Assembly (NCBI GenBank): GCA_963799845.1
Contig: CAWCYI010000004.1
Location: forward strand, 256,001 to 320,000
Origin: an uncultured Nitrososphaerota archaeon
GTDB taxonomy: Archaea > Thermoproteota > Nitrososphaeria > Nitrososphaerales > CADDZS01
DNA: 64,000 bases
Reading direction: 5' to 3'
Positions 23,015 through 33,082 of this stretch are shown here, one piece after another. The notes beneath the pieces were generated by a model, which searched no databases, had not been told where the DNA came from, and saw nothing but the letters and a program-made list of their open reading frames with translations. Numbering within the stretch: the stretch's first letter is position 1; each line of letters begins with the position of its first letter. The position numbers were made by a program, and so were the translations under genes.

Positions 23015-23280
23015 GCTGTGGCAAGCTCGACACTGGTGGCACTATAGATGTTGCAAGCTTGAATCGAACGTTGTGAACGGAGTACTTCACAACGAGATTC
23101 AAGACGTTATCATAATATCTGACCTGAGGACACACTGTTGCCGTATTTCAATAAATTAGCAGTCGGATTTTAATTGAATGTATAAAGAATTCATTAGCCA
23201 GAAATACCGATATTTCATCTGTAGCTACCTAATTTAATCTTCGATCGGTGTTGCCACTGAACAATCCATGGTGAGTTGCC

Positions 23281-23562
23281 ATTTCTGCTAATTATGAATG
23301 CCCCAAATGCTTGCGATTATTTCACATGCAGAGCAAATACTCTGATCATCTCCAAACTCACTTTCCTCGCGCGACTGCTGAAGAAAGATCGAAGATAGAC
23401 AGCATCGTAGCGTCGAAGATGTTCAAGAGGATGCCCTCCCACGATAAGAGGAATCCGGCCTTTACTGGCTTTATAAAACCAAAACCCCAGCGCAAGATCG
23501 GGCGCTACAGCCCAATTGACCAAGCGATGGCCTGGGCTGTTGTTCTGGGTGAACTGGGATGA
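23281..23562 (+). CDS. C2H2 zinc-finger protein (start uncertain, possibly ATT at 23281)
   Basis: YECPKCLRLFHMQSKYSDHLQTHF begins upstream of the track's TTG; GGTGA lies 6 nt before ATT, with an in-frame TGA just upstream. Confidence 0.7.
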   Translation: MSANYECPKCLRLFHMQSKYSDHLQTHFPRATAEERSKIDSIVASKMFKRMPSHDKRNPAFTGFIKPKPQRKIGRYSPIDQAMAWAVVLGELG

Positions 23563-24047
23563 GCGGCGGCAACGGTCTAAGGTTAATGGCGATAGGCCGT
23601 ATGAAAGCAGAGGAGATGCTGCAGGTCTACAGAGTATCCGCTGCAAAAAAGCAGGCCCAGTTTTTCTGGGTAACAAGAGGGACTTCGCCCAAAGTAACGA
23701 GGGAGTCAATTGAAGAGGAAGCTCAAAGGCTACTTTCCGAATGGAAACGGAGACGGACAAAAGCGCTTCCTTCGGGAAAAGTTTCCGAGGAAGTACTTTC
23801 TGTATGCTTTGAAGAATCTCCAAAACAGCGAGGAAATTTCGAATGCAGCAGATGCTACAAGACCTTCGCGAGCCACGCTAGATTTTTGAAACATGTTTCA
23901 AACCATTACAGCGGCGGAAGCGGAAGTTTCAATGCTGTCCTAATGGCTGAAAAAGTTGAAGGTCGAGGATTGGAGCACAGCTCCAGAAAGATGTCGGAAG
24001 CGGAAAGGGAGGATTTGCGTTACTTTCTTAACGATGGATACCAGTGA
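23559..24047 (+). CDS. C2H2 zinc-finger protein
   Basis: FECSRCYKTFASHARFLKHVSNHY; ATGA overlap with the previous ORF. Confidence 0.75.
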   Translation: MSGGNGLRLMAIGRMKAEEMLQVYRVSAAKKQAQFFWVTRGTSPKVTRESIEEEAQRLLSEWKRRRTKALPSGKVSEEVLSVCFEESPKQRGNFECSRCYKTFASHARFLKHVSNHYSGGSGSFNAVLMAEKVEGRGLEHSSRKMSEAEREDLRYFLNDGYQ

Positions 24048-24155
24048 GCAGTTTCCGAAAAAATTCCAGAATGCTGCTGAAGATCTCTTCCAGATTGCCT
24101 CAAATGACTTCCATCGAGATGAATTCCGTGATGATTCATTTTCCATAGGACCTTT

Positions 24156-24284
24156 TCTTCTTCTCGTACCTGGACCCGTTTGCAACCCAAAGCTATTGTT
24201 TAATCTTCATTGATTTATTATGCCATTTTTGCCCTTTTCTGCACGGGGGCGCAATTCTGCGTACCGACGAGCTCGTTTCAAGCT
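24156..24284 (-). repeat. Dispersed ~130-bp repeat, copy 1 (inverted relative to 46830..46959)
   Basis: Core AGCTTGAAACGAGCTCGTCGGTACGCAGAATTGCGCCCC...CATAATAAATCAAT differs from copy 2 at 3 of about 75 positions. Confidence 0.92.
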
Positions 24285-24485
24285 GTTACACGAAGGGGGC
24301 CCCTAGTAGAGTTCTGCAACCGTGAGCTTGTTCCCGTTAGATCGGTTTCCTTCAGCTCGTTTCAACCTCTGATTTCTGATGAGCGCAACAATGAAAAAAT
24401 GTGCTGATTTTGCATAAACGTTCATGTTCAGTGCAAAAAGATATCCTGAAATCTTCAAGTATTTTGAATCGAAGCTCGAAGACCT

Positions 24486-25397
24486 TTGGAGCAAAGCAAG
24501 GTTCGAGCTTTTCACATCGTCGATGTGTTTGCGGGAGAAAAGTATGCGGGAAATCAGCTTGCGGTGGTCAGAAACGCGTATGATTTCTCCGACGAGAACA
24601 TGCAGAAATTTGCCCGCGAGATGAATTTCTCGGAGACCACTTTCGTCCTTGTGAACGAGAGCGAGATGAACGCGTCCGAATCCGTCTTCAGGGTTCGCAT
24701 ATTCACGCCGAAATTGGAGCTCCCGTTTGCAGGGCATCCCACAATAGGAACGGCATTCGTAATCCAGCAGTACATCATTCGCAGAGAGGTTCCGAAAATA
24801 ATTCTAGATCTGAACATCGGTCCTATTGAAGTTACTCCGGTCTATGAATCTGGGAGGATCAAACTTCTCTGGATGAAGCAAAACGAGCCAAAGTTCTCCA
24901 AGGGAAAAATTGGCGCGGATCAGGTTTCCAAGAGTCTCGGATTGAAGAAAACTGACATCGATCCGAAATTTCCGATCCAGGAAGTATCGACAGGAGTTCC
25001 GTTCATCATCATTCCGCTAAAATCGATGAGAGTTCTCAAAGGATGCCGCGTGGACAAGGATCGATATTTTGCCTTGATCCGGAGGACCAAAGCGAAATCT
25101 CTCCTGGTTTTCTGTCCAGGTTCGCACGGGACTGACAGCAAACTCAGTGTCCGAATGTTCTCTGACTATTACGGGGTTAGCGAAGACCCGGCCACAGGAT
25201 CTGCCAACGGATGTCTAGCCGCGTACCTTTCCCATCACGAATATTTCGGATCTGGTCTCGTCGACATCAAGGTCGACCAGGGATATGAAATCTGTCGGCC
25301 TTCGACAATTCATCTGAGGACCGCTCCGGAAAAAAGCAGGGTCAACGTCTCTGTTGGCGGTCAGGTCGTTCCGGTGGCGGAAGGCGTTCTAGTCTAG
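24486..25397 (+). CDS. PhzF-family isomerase/epimerase
   Basis: VDVF..GN, NFSETTF, ELPFAGHPT, EDPATGSA. Confidence 0.95.
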   Translation: MEQSKVRAFHIVDVFAGEKYAGNQLAVVRNAYDFSDENMQKFAREMNFSETTFVLVNESEMNASESVFRVRIFTPKLELPFAGHPTIGTAFVIQQYIIRREVPKIILDLNIGPIEVTPVYESGRIKLLWMKQNEPKFSKGKIGADQVSKSLGLKKTDIDPKFPIQEVSTGVPFIIIPLKSMRVLKGCRVDKDRYFALIRRTKAKSLLVFCPGSHGTDSKLSVRMFSDYYGVSEDPATGSANGCLAAYLSHHEYFGSGLVDIKVDQGYEICRPSTIHLRTAPEKSRVNVSVGGQVVPVAEGVLV

Positions 25398-26362
25398 TTT
25401 CGTACCTGCGTCGCAAGAGCTATTGCGATCAGCATTACCGCCCCGCCCACGAGCGTCAATAATGTGATTTTCTCCTGAAGGAGCAGGACGCCACCGACCA
25501 CGCTGATAATGGGTATAAGGTAAAGCTGAATCGACAGCTTCGACACCGCGCCGCGACTTACGAGCGTGTAGAACATGGAGTATCCCAGTACCGTGCTCAG
25601 AAGCGAGAGATACAGTACCGATTCCCAACCGCCCAGCGAAAGCGACTCCACCTGAGTAACAAAACTGGAGGAAATCGACGGCAGCAGCATTGCCGTCCCG
25701 ATTACCCCCGCCCAGATTGCAATGTGCAAAGCTCCGTACTTTTTCACGAGCGGCTTGGATAAGACCGCAAAAACTGCGTAAGCCGCGGCACTGATCACTA
25801 CTTCAATCGGTCCCACCAACCCGCCGGAACCGACGCCTAAATCTCCAATTGATAATATTGCTGCACCTGCCAGAGCAAGAATCAGGGCGAGCGCAATTCT
25901 CGTTGGTATCTTTTCCTTCAAAGTATAGACAGAGAGGACGGTGACAAAAACTGGACCCAGAGAAATCAAAAGGCCCGCGAGACCTGCGGATACGCTCTTT
26001 TCCGCATAGTTCAGTGACAGATGATAGAGGGGTACGTTAGCGAAAGAAATCACGAGAAGCCTCGGCAGGTCCTTCCTTTCGAAACTTACTTTTGGTTTGC
26101 CGAGAAAAAGTAGTACGACTAGATAGGCGGCACTGGAAATGAACCAACGGAGGAGCGCCAGATTAACCGGCGAGAGCTCAAAGTCTGCCCTCCTAATCGC
26201 GACGAATGCAATACCCCAGATCAGACTGAGAACGATAAGAATCCAGTATGCTCTCATTCGCGACGAGAGGCTTTTCTGGGCCCTGCCCGCGTCGGTACCT
26301 GCGATGGGCACGCCCTCATTCGGCTGTCGTTCGGTCACCTGCATTCGTGACCTTCTATTCAT
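25394..26362 (-). CDS. EamA/DMT-family transporter
   Basis: About 10 TM helices in two EamA repeats. Confidence 0.92.
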   Translation of the reverse strand: MNRRSRMQVTERQPNEGVPIAGTDAGRAQKSLSSRMRAYWILIVLSLIWGIAFVAIRRADFELSPVNLALLRWFISSAAYLVVLLFLGKPKVSFERKDLPRLLVISFANVPLYHLSLNYAEKSVSAGLAGLLISLGPVFVTVLSVYTLKEKIPTRIALALILALAGAAILSIGDLGVGSGGLVGPIEVVISAAAYAVFAVLSKPLVKKYGALHIAIWAGVIGTAMLLPSISSSFVTQVESLSLGGWESVLYLSLLSTVLGYSMFYTLVSRGAVSKLSIQLYLIPIISVVGGVLLLQEKITLLTLVGGAVMLIAIALATQVRN

Positions 26363-27476
26363 TCTTTGAAGAGACCGAGTCGCCTTCCATCCTCAGTAGC
26401 TTTTTCTTCCTCTCAATGCCCCATCGATAACCGCCGAGGTCTCCATTTTTTCTGATTACTCTGTGACACGGGATAATGAGTGGAACGCGGTTTGAGCCGC
26501 ATGCATTTGCGACTGCGCGATACGCGAGCGGATTGCCTATCCTCTCCGCTATTTCGTTGTAAGACATCGTCGCACCGTATGGGATGTTTTGAAGCTCCTT
26601 CCAGACCCTCCACTGAAACGCTGTCGCCTGAACATCTATCGGGAGGTTTGAATTCCTCAAACGATTCTTCCCATCAAGGTATCCGAGGATCTCGGTTACC
26701 CAGGGTTTCAGTCCTTTTTCCTCTTCCGGGGATATTCTCGCGTTGGGGTATTCTCCCCGAAGATGAGAGATCAGCTTTTCACCCGAATCTCCAAGACATA
26801 CAAAACAAATCCCCCTTTCCGTCCCGGCTACAAGCAGCTGTCCGAGGGGGCAACTCGATATTGAGTACCTTATGACAAGACCCGCACCCCCGGACTTGTA
26901 TTTCGAGGGTGACATTCCAAATTTTGAATCATTCTCCGAGTAAAGCCAGGCAGATGAATTGTGGCCCACTTTGTATGTTGATTTCCTCGCGGACTCTCCT
27001 CTCTTCAAAGCGAACTTTGCGTGTCTTAATCTGACGGCCTCCAAGTACGCCTTTGGTGTGATTCCCATAATTTCTTTGAAATTCCTGTGAAAATGAAATT
27101 GACTCTGGTCAGCAATCTGAGCCAGCTCAACCAGAGAGATCTTCGAATCATAATTTTCTTCGATGTAATTACAAACTCTCTGGACGATCTGAAAATTCTC
27201 CGGGAATTTAGTTACCGCATCAGGTTTACAACGCAAGCAAGGTCTGTAGCCAGCTCCTTTCGCAAGCTTCGTGCCTGAGAAGAAAACAACTCGCTCCCTA
27301 GGAGGTCTTCTGGACGGACAGGTCGGCCTGCAGTAAATCTTTGACGAAGTCACGCCATAGACGAATGTAGAATAGTAACGGTAATCTCTTGACAGCACTG
27401 CTCTCCATAGTTCGTCTTCATTTCGCAGATCAATTTCTCTTGCCGTTTGCCCGTCAAGAACCGTGTTAATCGTCAA
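26355..27476 (-). CDS. ada: Bifunctional Ada: Zn-binding/AraC domain plus O6-methylguanine-DNA methyltransferase
   Basis: YCRPTC, GYRPCLRC, AraC-type HTH, PCHRV active site. Confidence 0.93.
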   Translation of the reverse strand: MTINTVLDGQTAREIDLRNEDELWRAVLSRDYRYYSTFVYGVTSSKIYCRPTCPSRRPPRERVVFFSGTKLAKGAGYRPCLRCKPDAVTKFPENFQIVQRVCNYIEENYDSKISLVELAQIADQSQFHFHRNFKEIMGITPKAYLEAVRLRHAKFALKRGESARKSTYKVGHNSSAWLYSENDSKFGMSPSKYKSGGAGLVIRYSISSCPLGQLLVAGTERGICFVCLGDSGEKLISHLRGEYPNARISPEEEKGLKPWVTEILGYLDGKNRLRNSNLPIDVQATAFQWRVWKELQNIPYGATMSYNEIAERIGNPLAYRAVANACGSNRVPLIIPCHRVIRKNGDLGGYRWGIERKKKLLRMEGDSVSSKNE

Positions 27477-27594
27477 TTACATCACATCCGAATTATCTTT
27501 AGCAAAACGCGGCTTTGGTTATAATCAGTTGCCTCTAGATCTTGCTCTCAAAGTGGGAGATTATCTTTAAGGAAGTACCGAAAACTGGATAAAC

Positions 27595-28184
27595 GTGATT
27601 TTGGCAAAACTTCTTTCCGTGAATGTGGGATTACCCAACGAAATTGGATTATTTCGAGGAAACAGGATCTTGTCAGGGATTCGCAAGGAATCCATTACCG
27701 GTTTTGTCACAGTAAGGAAATTGAATCTGGAAGGCGATAGGCAGGCTGATCTCACCGTGCACGGAGGAATAGACAAGGCTGTTTGCGTATATCCCTCCGA
27801 GAACTATCCGTTTTGGAAAAATAAATTTCCAGATTTCGACTTGCGCTGGGGAGTTTTGGCGAGAATTTCACAACCGAAGGCCTGCATGAGGATTCCGTTC
27901 GAATCGATGATCGATTGATGGGGGGCTCCGCCGAATTTGCAGTTACGCAGCCCCGCTACCCTTCCTACAAACTTGGATTAAGATTTGGGACGCAAAAAAT
28001 GATCAAGATGTTTTTGGAATCATTGCGCTCAGAATTCTATCTGAGGGTTCTCAAGGAAGGTAGAGTTAGAGCAGGCAAGGAGATCAGAGTAATTGGTGGA
28101 AGCGAGGATTCTGAAACGGTGGAGTCAATTGTCAGAACATTCCTGGAAAATGAAAAAGCTGCTTCCAGGCTCGGGCGTAAGTAA
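27595..28184 (+). CDS. MOSC (YiiM-like) protein; apparent missing base at about 27853; conserved Cys replaced by Ser, possibly decaying
   Basis: GDRQADL.VHGG..KAV; inserting C restores GAFGENFT; QPRYPSYK instead of QPRxPCxK. Confidence 0.8.
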
Positions 28185-28247
28185 CCGAGAAGACGGAAGA
28201 TCGAATGATGAAAGCTGATTTTCTGGCTTCGGCCAGGAGACAATAAC

Positions 28248-28694
28248 TCAGGCAACCTGCGCGGGCTCTTTGTATTTTTGAGCCAGTTCCTCGCTCCAGG
28301 GAAACCAGATGAAGTGATTCGCCTTCCCGACGTTCCGATCCTGCTCCTTCAAATCTCCCCTCAGGTACATGTCGCCAACGAAAATCAATTTCGTTTTTCC
28401 GCCAGAAGCTTCCGAATTCCTGACGTCCTTTATCTTCATGTACGAAGACTTGTGCCAGTTCGAACTCCTGACGATGAACGGTAATGTCTTGCCTTTTTCC
28501 TCCCAGATCTGGTTGACGGTTCTCATGTTCTCGTCGTATTTGAAAACAGATTTGAAGCAGCCGTCGCAGAAATACGTCGTTTTCTTCTTGAAGTAGATGC
28601 TCGCTGCTTTTTCCCTCGCAATTTCACTGCCGCATCTCTGACACTTTATCGCTTGACTTGGAACCGTTTCGGGAGAGCTCAATGTATTGCTCAT
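28248..28694 (-). CDS. Hypothetical protein with N-terminal CxxC...CxxC (TRASH/LIM-like) finger
   Basis: CQRCG...YFCDGC; ATG 28694 preferred over the longer track ORF, which overlaps the divergent gene. Confidence 0.75.
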   Translation of the reverse strand: MSNTLSSPETVPSQAIKCQRCGSEIAREKAASIYFKKKTTYFCDGCFKSVFKYDENMRTVNQIWEEKGKTLPFIVRSSNWHKSSYMKIKDVRNSEASGGKTKLIFVGDMYLRGDLKEQDRNVGKANHFIWFPWSEELAQKYKEPAQVA

Positions 28695-28812
28695 CAGTCT
28701 AACTCCGTCTGGGGCAAGGGGTAAGTCGCTCGGTTTCTTAACATTTCTCGACTCTGGCGAGATCGAGGGGGAGTTGGGACTCACGACAAAGAGATAAAAA
28801 CTTGCAATCAGG

Positions 28813-29034
28813 ATGCAATTCCTCATGCGATCCGAATCAATCGTAGCTCTCTTTACAATCCTGGTTATGGCGGTCGGGATATCGATTTCTGCCATCGCCG
28901 CGTCATCGCACGGCTCGCTAGCTACGTCCTACACGAGCGTTTTGATCGGTTTTGGGCTGTTCATCGTCGTCGGCTTTGCGATTGCAGCGGCCGTTCAAAA
29001 TGGTAAAGCGAAAAATCCGAACCTCGGAAAATGA
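28813..29034 (+). CDS. Small 2-TM membrane protein
   Basis: Two hydrophobic helices and a basic tail. Confidence 0.65.
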   Translation: MQFLMRSESIVALFTILVMAVGISISAIAASSHGSLATSYTSVLIGFGLFIVVGFAIAAAVQNGKAKNPNLGK

Positions 29035-29204
29035 AACGCTCACGGGACAAGAGTTTTTGTCCGAATAGATCTAATCTTATTACTAATCCTAAGAAATTCG
29101 ATCTCTTTTCGAGATAGATCTTCAATTTGCGGATTGTTTGTATTCCGATTCTTCAATAGACTTTAAGTGCGATAATTTTTCCAGCTCACCTTCGCTTCTG
29201 GTGA

Positions 29205-29415
29205 TTGAAGATGTCGTGCCTGGATGAACGTTCTCTCGATCTAAGGCGCCAGTCCGAGCTTTGGAAAATCATCAACAGCCACGAGTGGGAGCTCAGCTCA
29301 TTTCGACGACTTTGGAGAGAGTGGGGTAGTCGTGAGGTACGGGTGCAAAAGGTGCAAGAAGGAGTGGACGACGTTTCTTCTCGATCCCGAGGGAATCAGG
29401 AAATTAAATTTCTGA
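29205..29415 (+). CDS. Small putative Zn-binding protein (C...H...CxxC); apparent extra base at 29294
   Basis: GGTGA before TTG; removing C29294 gives HEWELAHFDDFGESGVVVRYGCKRCKKEW. Confidence 0.6.
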
Positions 29416-29449
29416 TTGTTACTGGTAAATTACAGTAATCCTTTTCAAG

Positions 29450-29944
29450 TTGACTTACCTTCTAATTTCGGCCGTCATGAGAGGCGGCCTTCGATCAGTT
29501 CCATTTGAGCTGCTTCAGGAGCAGTGGAACGAATATGTCTTTTCAGACCAAGTCGTTGTTAGAACGAGGCTGATCCTTATCATGGTAATGCAAGAGTACG
29601 AACTTGGACCGCTGACTTTCCAGACGGAGAGGGCAACGGCTGTCTCTGCTCCCGATCATCTTCGAGGCCATCCCGGCGAATACGAACAAGGAAATGATAT
29701 GAGTGGAGAAACAAAGTGGGAGTGTCCGATCCTTCTTCGATACGAAAGATGGAACGAATACTCTCTGGCCGACGACACAAGTAGAGTGAGGATAATTTTT
29801 GTGGCAAAGAAGGCCTTCAGATTGGTGAATGCATTCGACAAAAATGGTCAGCCGGTTTACATGATCGATGGAAAACCATTGATCAAGGTTGATGATAGAC
29901 TCTATCCAGATGAAATCGGCAATAACTCTGAACTACTGCGGTAG
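29450..29944 (+). CDS. Hypothetical protein with an internally duplicated E.WNEY...D domain
   Basis: LLQEQWNEYVFSDQVVVR versus LRYERWNEYSLADDTSRVR. Confidence 0.75.
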   Translation: MTYLLISAVMRGGLRSVPFELLQEQWNEYVFSDQVVVRTRLILIMVMQEYELGPLTFQTERATAVSAPDHLRGHPGEYEQGNDMSGETKWECPILLRYERWNEYSLADDTSRVRIIFVAKKAFRLVNAFDKNGQPVYMIDGKPLIKVDDRLYPDEIGNNSELLR

Positions 29945-30002
29945 GTTGCTATGTTGATTTCTATACCTCATCGTTCAACAAATATCTAGCCATGTCCAGG
30001 AC

Positions 30003-30716
30003 TTGACCAAACAGATGGAAAGAATCGGAAGGATATCGAAGATCAGGCGCTACCCGGTCAAGAGCATGATGGGAGAGGATCTTGCAAAAGCTATTCTGGC
30101 ACCTTACGGAATGGTCGGAGACAGGGTCTATGCTTTCATCGATGATCAAAATCACAATCCCCGATTCCCGTGGATGACGGCAAGGAACGCAAATGAAATG
30201 CTCCTCTTCAAACCCAATTTTCTTTCCGATAAAGAGGTCGTCGTGAGATCGCCAAGCGGAAGAGAATATTCCATCACTGATCCAGCCCTCGAGAGGTACT
30301 TTGAAGAAAAGTACAACTTCCGGATGACGTTGAAGTATCGCGAGAGCGGCTGCCATGATTCAAAGCCCGTCTCCCTCATCAGTTCACACACGATCGAGAG
30401 CCTGGGAGGGGAGACCGGATTGGAGCTTGCCGGAGAGCGGTTTCGCGCAAACATTTACGTTGACTGGGATAATCGGATGCCCTTCTACGAGGATGAGCTT
30501 CTAGGAAGGGAGATCACGGTAGGAGATGGAGTCATCCTCAAAATTGTAAAGAAGGACTCGAGATGCGTCATACCGACTCTCGACCCGCGCACAGCGGCAG
30601 CCTCACCAATCATTCTGCAGACGATCCAGAAGAACCACGGTGGTTGCACGGGAGTTTACGCCGAGGTGGAAAAGCCTGGCCAAATCAATCTGCGTGACGA
30701 AATATTCGTGCCCTAA
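30003..30716 (+). CDS. MOSC-domain protein (YcbX-like)
   Basis: RYPVKSM.GE, GDR, RFRANI, ED, RC. Confidence 0.92.
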   Translation: MTKQMERIGRISKIRRYPVKSMMGEDLAKAILAPYGMVGDRVYAFIDDQNHNPRFPWMTARNANEMLLFKPNFLSDKEVVVRSPSGREYSITDPALERYFEEKYNFRMTLKYRESGCHDSKPVSLISSHTIESLGGETGLELAGERFRANIYVDWDNRMPFYEDELLGREITVGDGVILKIVKKDSRCVIPTLDPRTAAASPIILQTIQKNHGGCTGVYAEVEKPGQINLRDEIFVP

Positions 30717-30718
30717 AG

Positions 30719-31648
30719 TTATTTCTCCTTGATCAGGTTTCGCGGCATCATCATCCCGACGACCCAGTTCGGCCGGTCCACGATCTCGTGCGTGCGAAGC
30801 TCACCCGCAACCGAGCAGAGCATGTAAGCGTGCTCTCGGGAAATTCCCAGATTTTTCTCAAGAAACGAGATCATGTTCCGGAGGGCCTGCTTTGTCGCGA
30901 CCATCAGATCTGGGGAAATTCCCGTCGTACCAAAATATCCCGTACTCGGGCCGAACAGTGGCTTTGAATAATACTGGGGCGTCTCTAGGTTTGCGCTCTT
31001 TCTCAGATCAAACGTGAGCGTCACGTCTCCGGGGCATTCAATAGCCGTCACGCATACTTCGCCATCACCCTGAGCCGCATGGACATCGCAAGTCGAAAAC
31101 AGCGCTCCCTTCGTCCACACTGGAATCAGTACTTTGGATCCAGCCGTCAGGTGTCTGATGTCCATATTTCCGCCGTGCTTGCCGGGGGGCATGACATCGA
31201 AGTATCCGTCCTCCGGCGGCGCCACTCCGAGCACGCCGCAGAATGGGTTGATCGGGATCTGAAGCCGCTTGACAAAACTCGCATACTTTCGAGGACCGCG
31301 AAGATTCCAGACGAAGAGCTCCGGGGTAGCAAACTCTTCGAGGAGTCCCAGGCCCGGCATCACTCCAGTCCATCCCCAGCTCGCGGGTTTTACGGATTCG
31401 ACGTTCACTACGAGAGCATCTCCCGGTTCAGCACCCTCGATGTAGACGGGGCCAGCCAGAGGATAGAGTTTGGACTCATCCATCTTTGCCAGATCTTCTA
31501 CCTTTGATTTCTCCGTCACCTGCCACGATGACACTTCATTGACTTCAAAGTGAACTCTGTCTCCTGGCTTTACAGTCAATACCGGTTCGTGGGATTTGCT
31601 CCACTTATAATGAAAAGTATCTTTCTTGATCACGTTTGTTCTGGGCAT
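30719..31648 (-). CDS. Acetamidase/formamidase family protein
   Basis: GPVYIEGAEPGD, GGNMD, DVHAAQGDGE, AIE. Confidence 0.95.
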   Translation of the reverse strand: MPRTNVIKKDTFHYKWSKSHEPVLTVKPGDRVHFEVNEVSSWQVTEKSKVEDLAKMDESKLYPLAGPVYIEGAEPGDALVVNVESVKPASWGWTGVMPGLGLLEEFATPELFVWNLRGPRKYASFVKRLQIPINPFCGVLGVAPPEDGYFDVMPPGKHGGNMDIRHLTAGSKVLIPVWTKGALFSTCDVHAAQGDGEVCVTAIECPGDVTLTFDLRKSANLETPQYYSKPLFGPSTGYFGTTGISPDLMVATKQALRNMISFLEKNLGISREHAYMLCSVAGELRTHEIVDRPNWVVGMMMPRNLIKEK

Positions 31649-31759
31649 TCGTCGCAGTCGGACGAGAAAGAAAGCAGCGATTTATGTTAATCGCAGCGAG
31701 GTCTTAATTACGAGTTTTCATTGATTCTTAAAGAAAAAAATTCTATCGTTTCGCAACCG

Positions 31760-31868
31760 CGCGTACCTTTTGACGGGAGAGCTACGTTCAAGCTCTGTAA
31801 GCTCAGAAGAGCTTGAAACGAGCTGAATGGAGCTCACAGAGCTCGAAACGAATTGAACGTCGGCACAT
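31760..31868. repeat. AGCT-phased palindromic/tandem repeat related to the dispersed repeat
   Basis: AGCT at 31780, 31791, 31800, 31810, 31821, 31831, 31840; arms AGCTACGTTCAAGCTCT and AGAGCTTGAAACGAGCT; imperfect 30-bp tandem unit. Confidence 0.85.
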
Positions 31869-32123
31869 AGCGTTCTCGACAATCGTCGAGTTGATCACTT
31901 CGTATTGGATTTTCGAGTTTTCGAGGATGTTCTGAAAATTTTAAACGCTATACCAGATCTTTGCTCGAGAGTCTTACGTATGCAGAACTGAATTTTCTCT
32001 AGGTTTCTGCGCATGTGAGCGCTTTTTGGGCACCTGCTTTCTCCAATTGAAACAGCTCGATTCATGACCTTTTTTCCCTGACCAAAACTCTGAAAGCGCC
32101 TTAATCCTTTCAGAGTTAAGCAA

Positions 32124-33026
32124 ATGACTCAAGTCGAGATCATCGGCGTCCCACTCGATCTCGGGGCAGACAGAAGGGGTGTTGACATGGGCCCCTCTGC
32201 CATCAGGTACTCCGGCCTGTCAGAGAAATTGAAGGCCCTGGGCATCAAAGTTGAGGACAGGGGAAACATCGAGACGCCTATCGCAGAGGCGATCAAAGTG
32301 GAGTATTCGAACGCAAAGTATCTCTCTAATGTCAGGGGAGTCTGTCTCCGCCTCTCGAGGGAGGTCTCTGCGTCTCTGAAACAAAACAAGATCCCGATAG
32401 TTCTGGGAGGAGACCACTCGATTGCTATCGGTACTCTCGCCGGGATTCATAACGGAATGAAGAACGAATTCGGTGTCATATGGCTGGACGCGCACGGTGA
32501 TTTCAATACCCCGAACATTACTCCGAGCGGAAACATTCACGGCATGAGCCTAGCATTCTCCGCGGGTCAGGGCTCGAAATGGTTCCCCAGCCCTCCCTGG
32601 CCAAAGAGATCCGTAGATCCCAAGAAGATCGCAATCGTAGGCGCAAGACAGCTGGACCCCGCCGAGCGAACGAACCTGAAAGAAATGGGTGTTCGAGTTC
32701 TCTCTATGGAAGACATCGATAGATCAGGAATGAAATCGATCATGTCAGAAGCGATAAGTCTCGCATCAAGCGACGGGCAGAATAAGATCCACGTCAGCCT
32801 CGACATGGACCTTCTGGATCCGACAGAGGCGCCGGGAGTTGGAACACCGGTCAGGGGAGGCGTGACATACAGGGAAGCGCATCTTGCGATGGAGATGATA
32901 TACGAATCCGGGCTAATGAAATCTCTCGAAGTTGTCGAGGTGAACCCGATCTTGGACCAGCAGAACGCCACGGCGGAACTCGCGGTCGAACTGATTCTCT
33001 CGGCGATGGGGAAGCGAATAATATGA
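32124..33026 (+). CDS. rocF: Arginase
   Basis: GGDHS, DAHGD, SGNIHGM, SLDMD, EVNP. Confidence 0.96.
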   Translation: MTQVEIIGVPLDLGADRRGVDMGPSAIRYSGLSEKLKALGIKVEDRGNIETPIAEAIKVEYSNAKYLSNVRGVCLRLSREVSASLKQNKIPIVLGGDHSIAIGTLAGIHNGMKNEFGVIWLDAHGDFNTPNITPSGNIHGMSLAFSAGQGSKWFPSPPWPKRSVDPKKIAIVGARQLDPAERTNLKEMGVRVLSMEDIDRSGMKSIMSEAISLASSDGQNKIHVSLDMDLLDPTEAPGVGTPVRGGVTYREAHLAMEMIYESGLMKSLEVVEVNPILDQQNATAELAVELILSAMGKRII

Positions 33027-33082
33027 CGAAAACTGATATCTGGAAAGGTTTTAATCCCTAATTCAGACCATTGATATTTGCG

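Noticed and set aside
32040-32060. TCCAATTGAAAC as a mini-ORB replication-origin box
   Set aside because: Single weak match, no G-string and no cdc6 gene nearby
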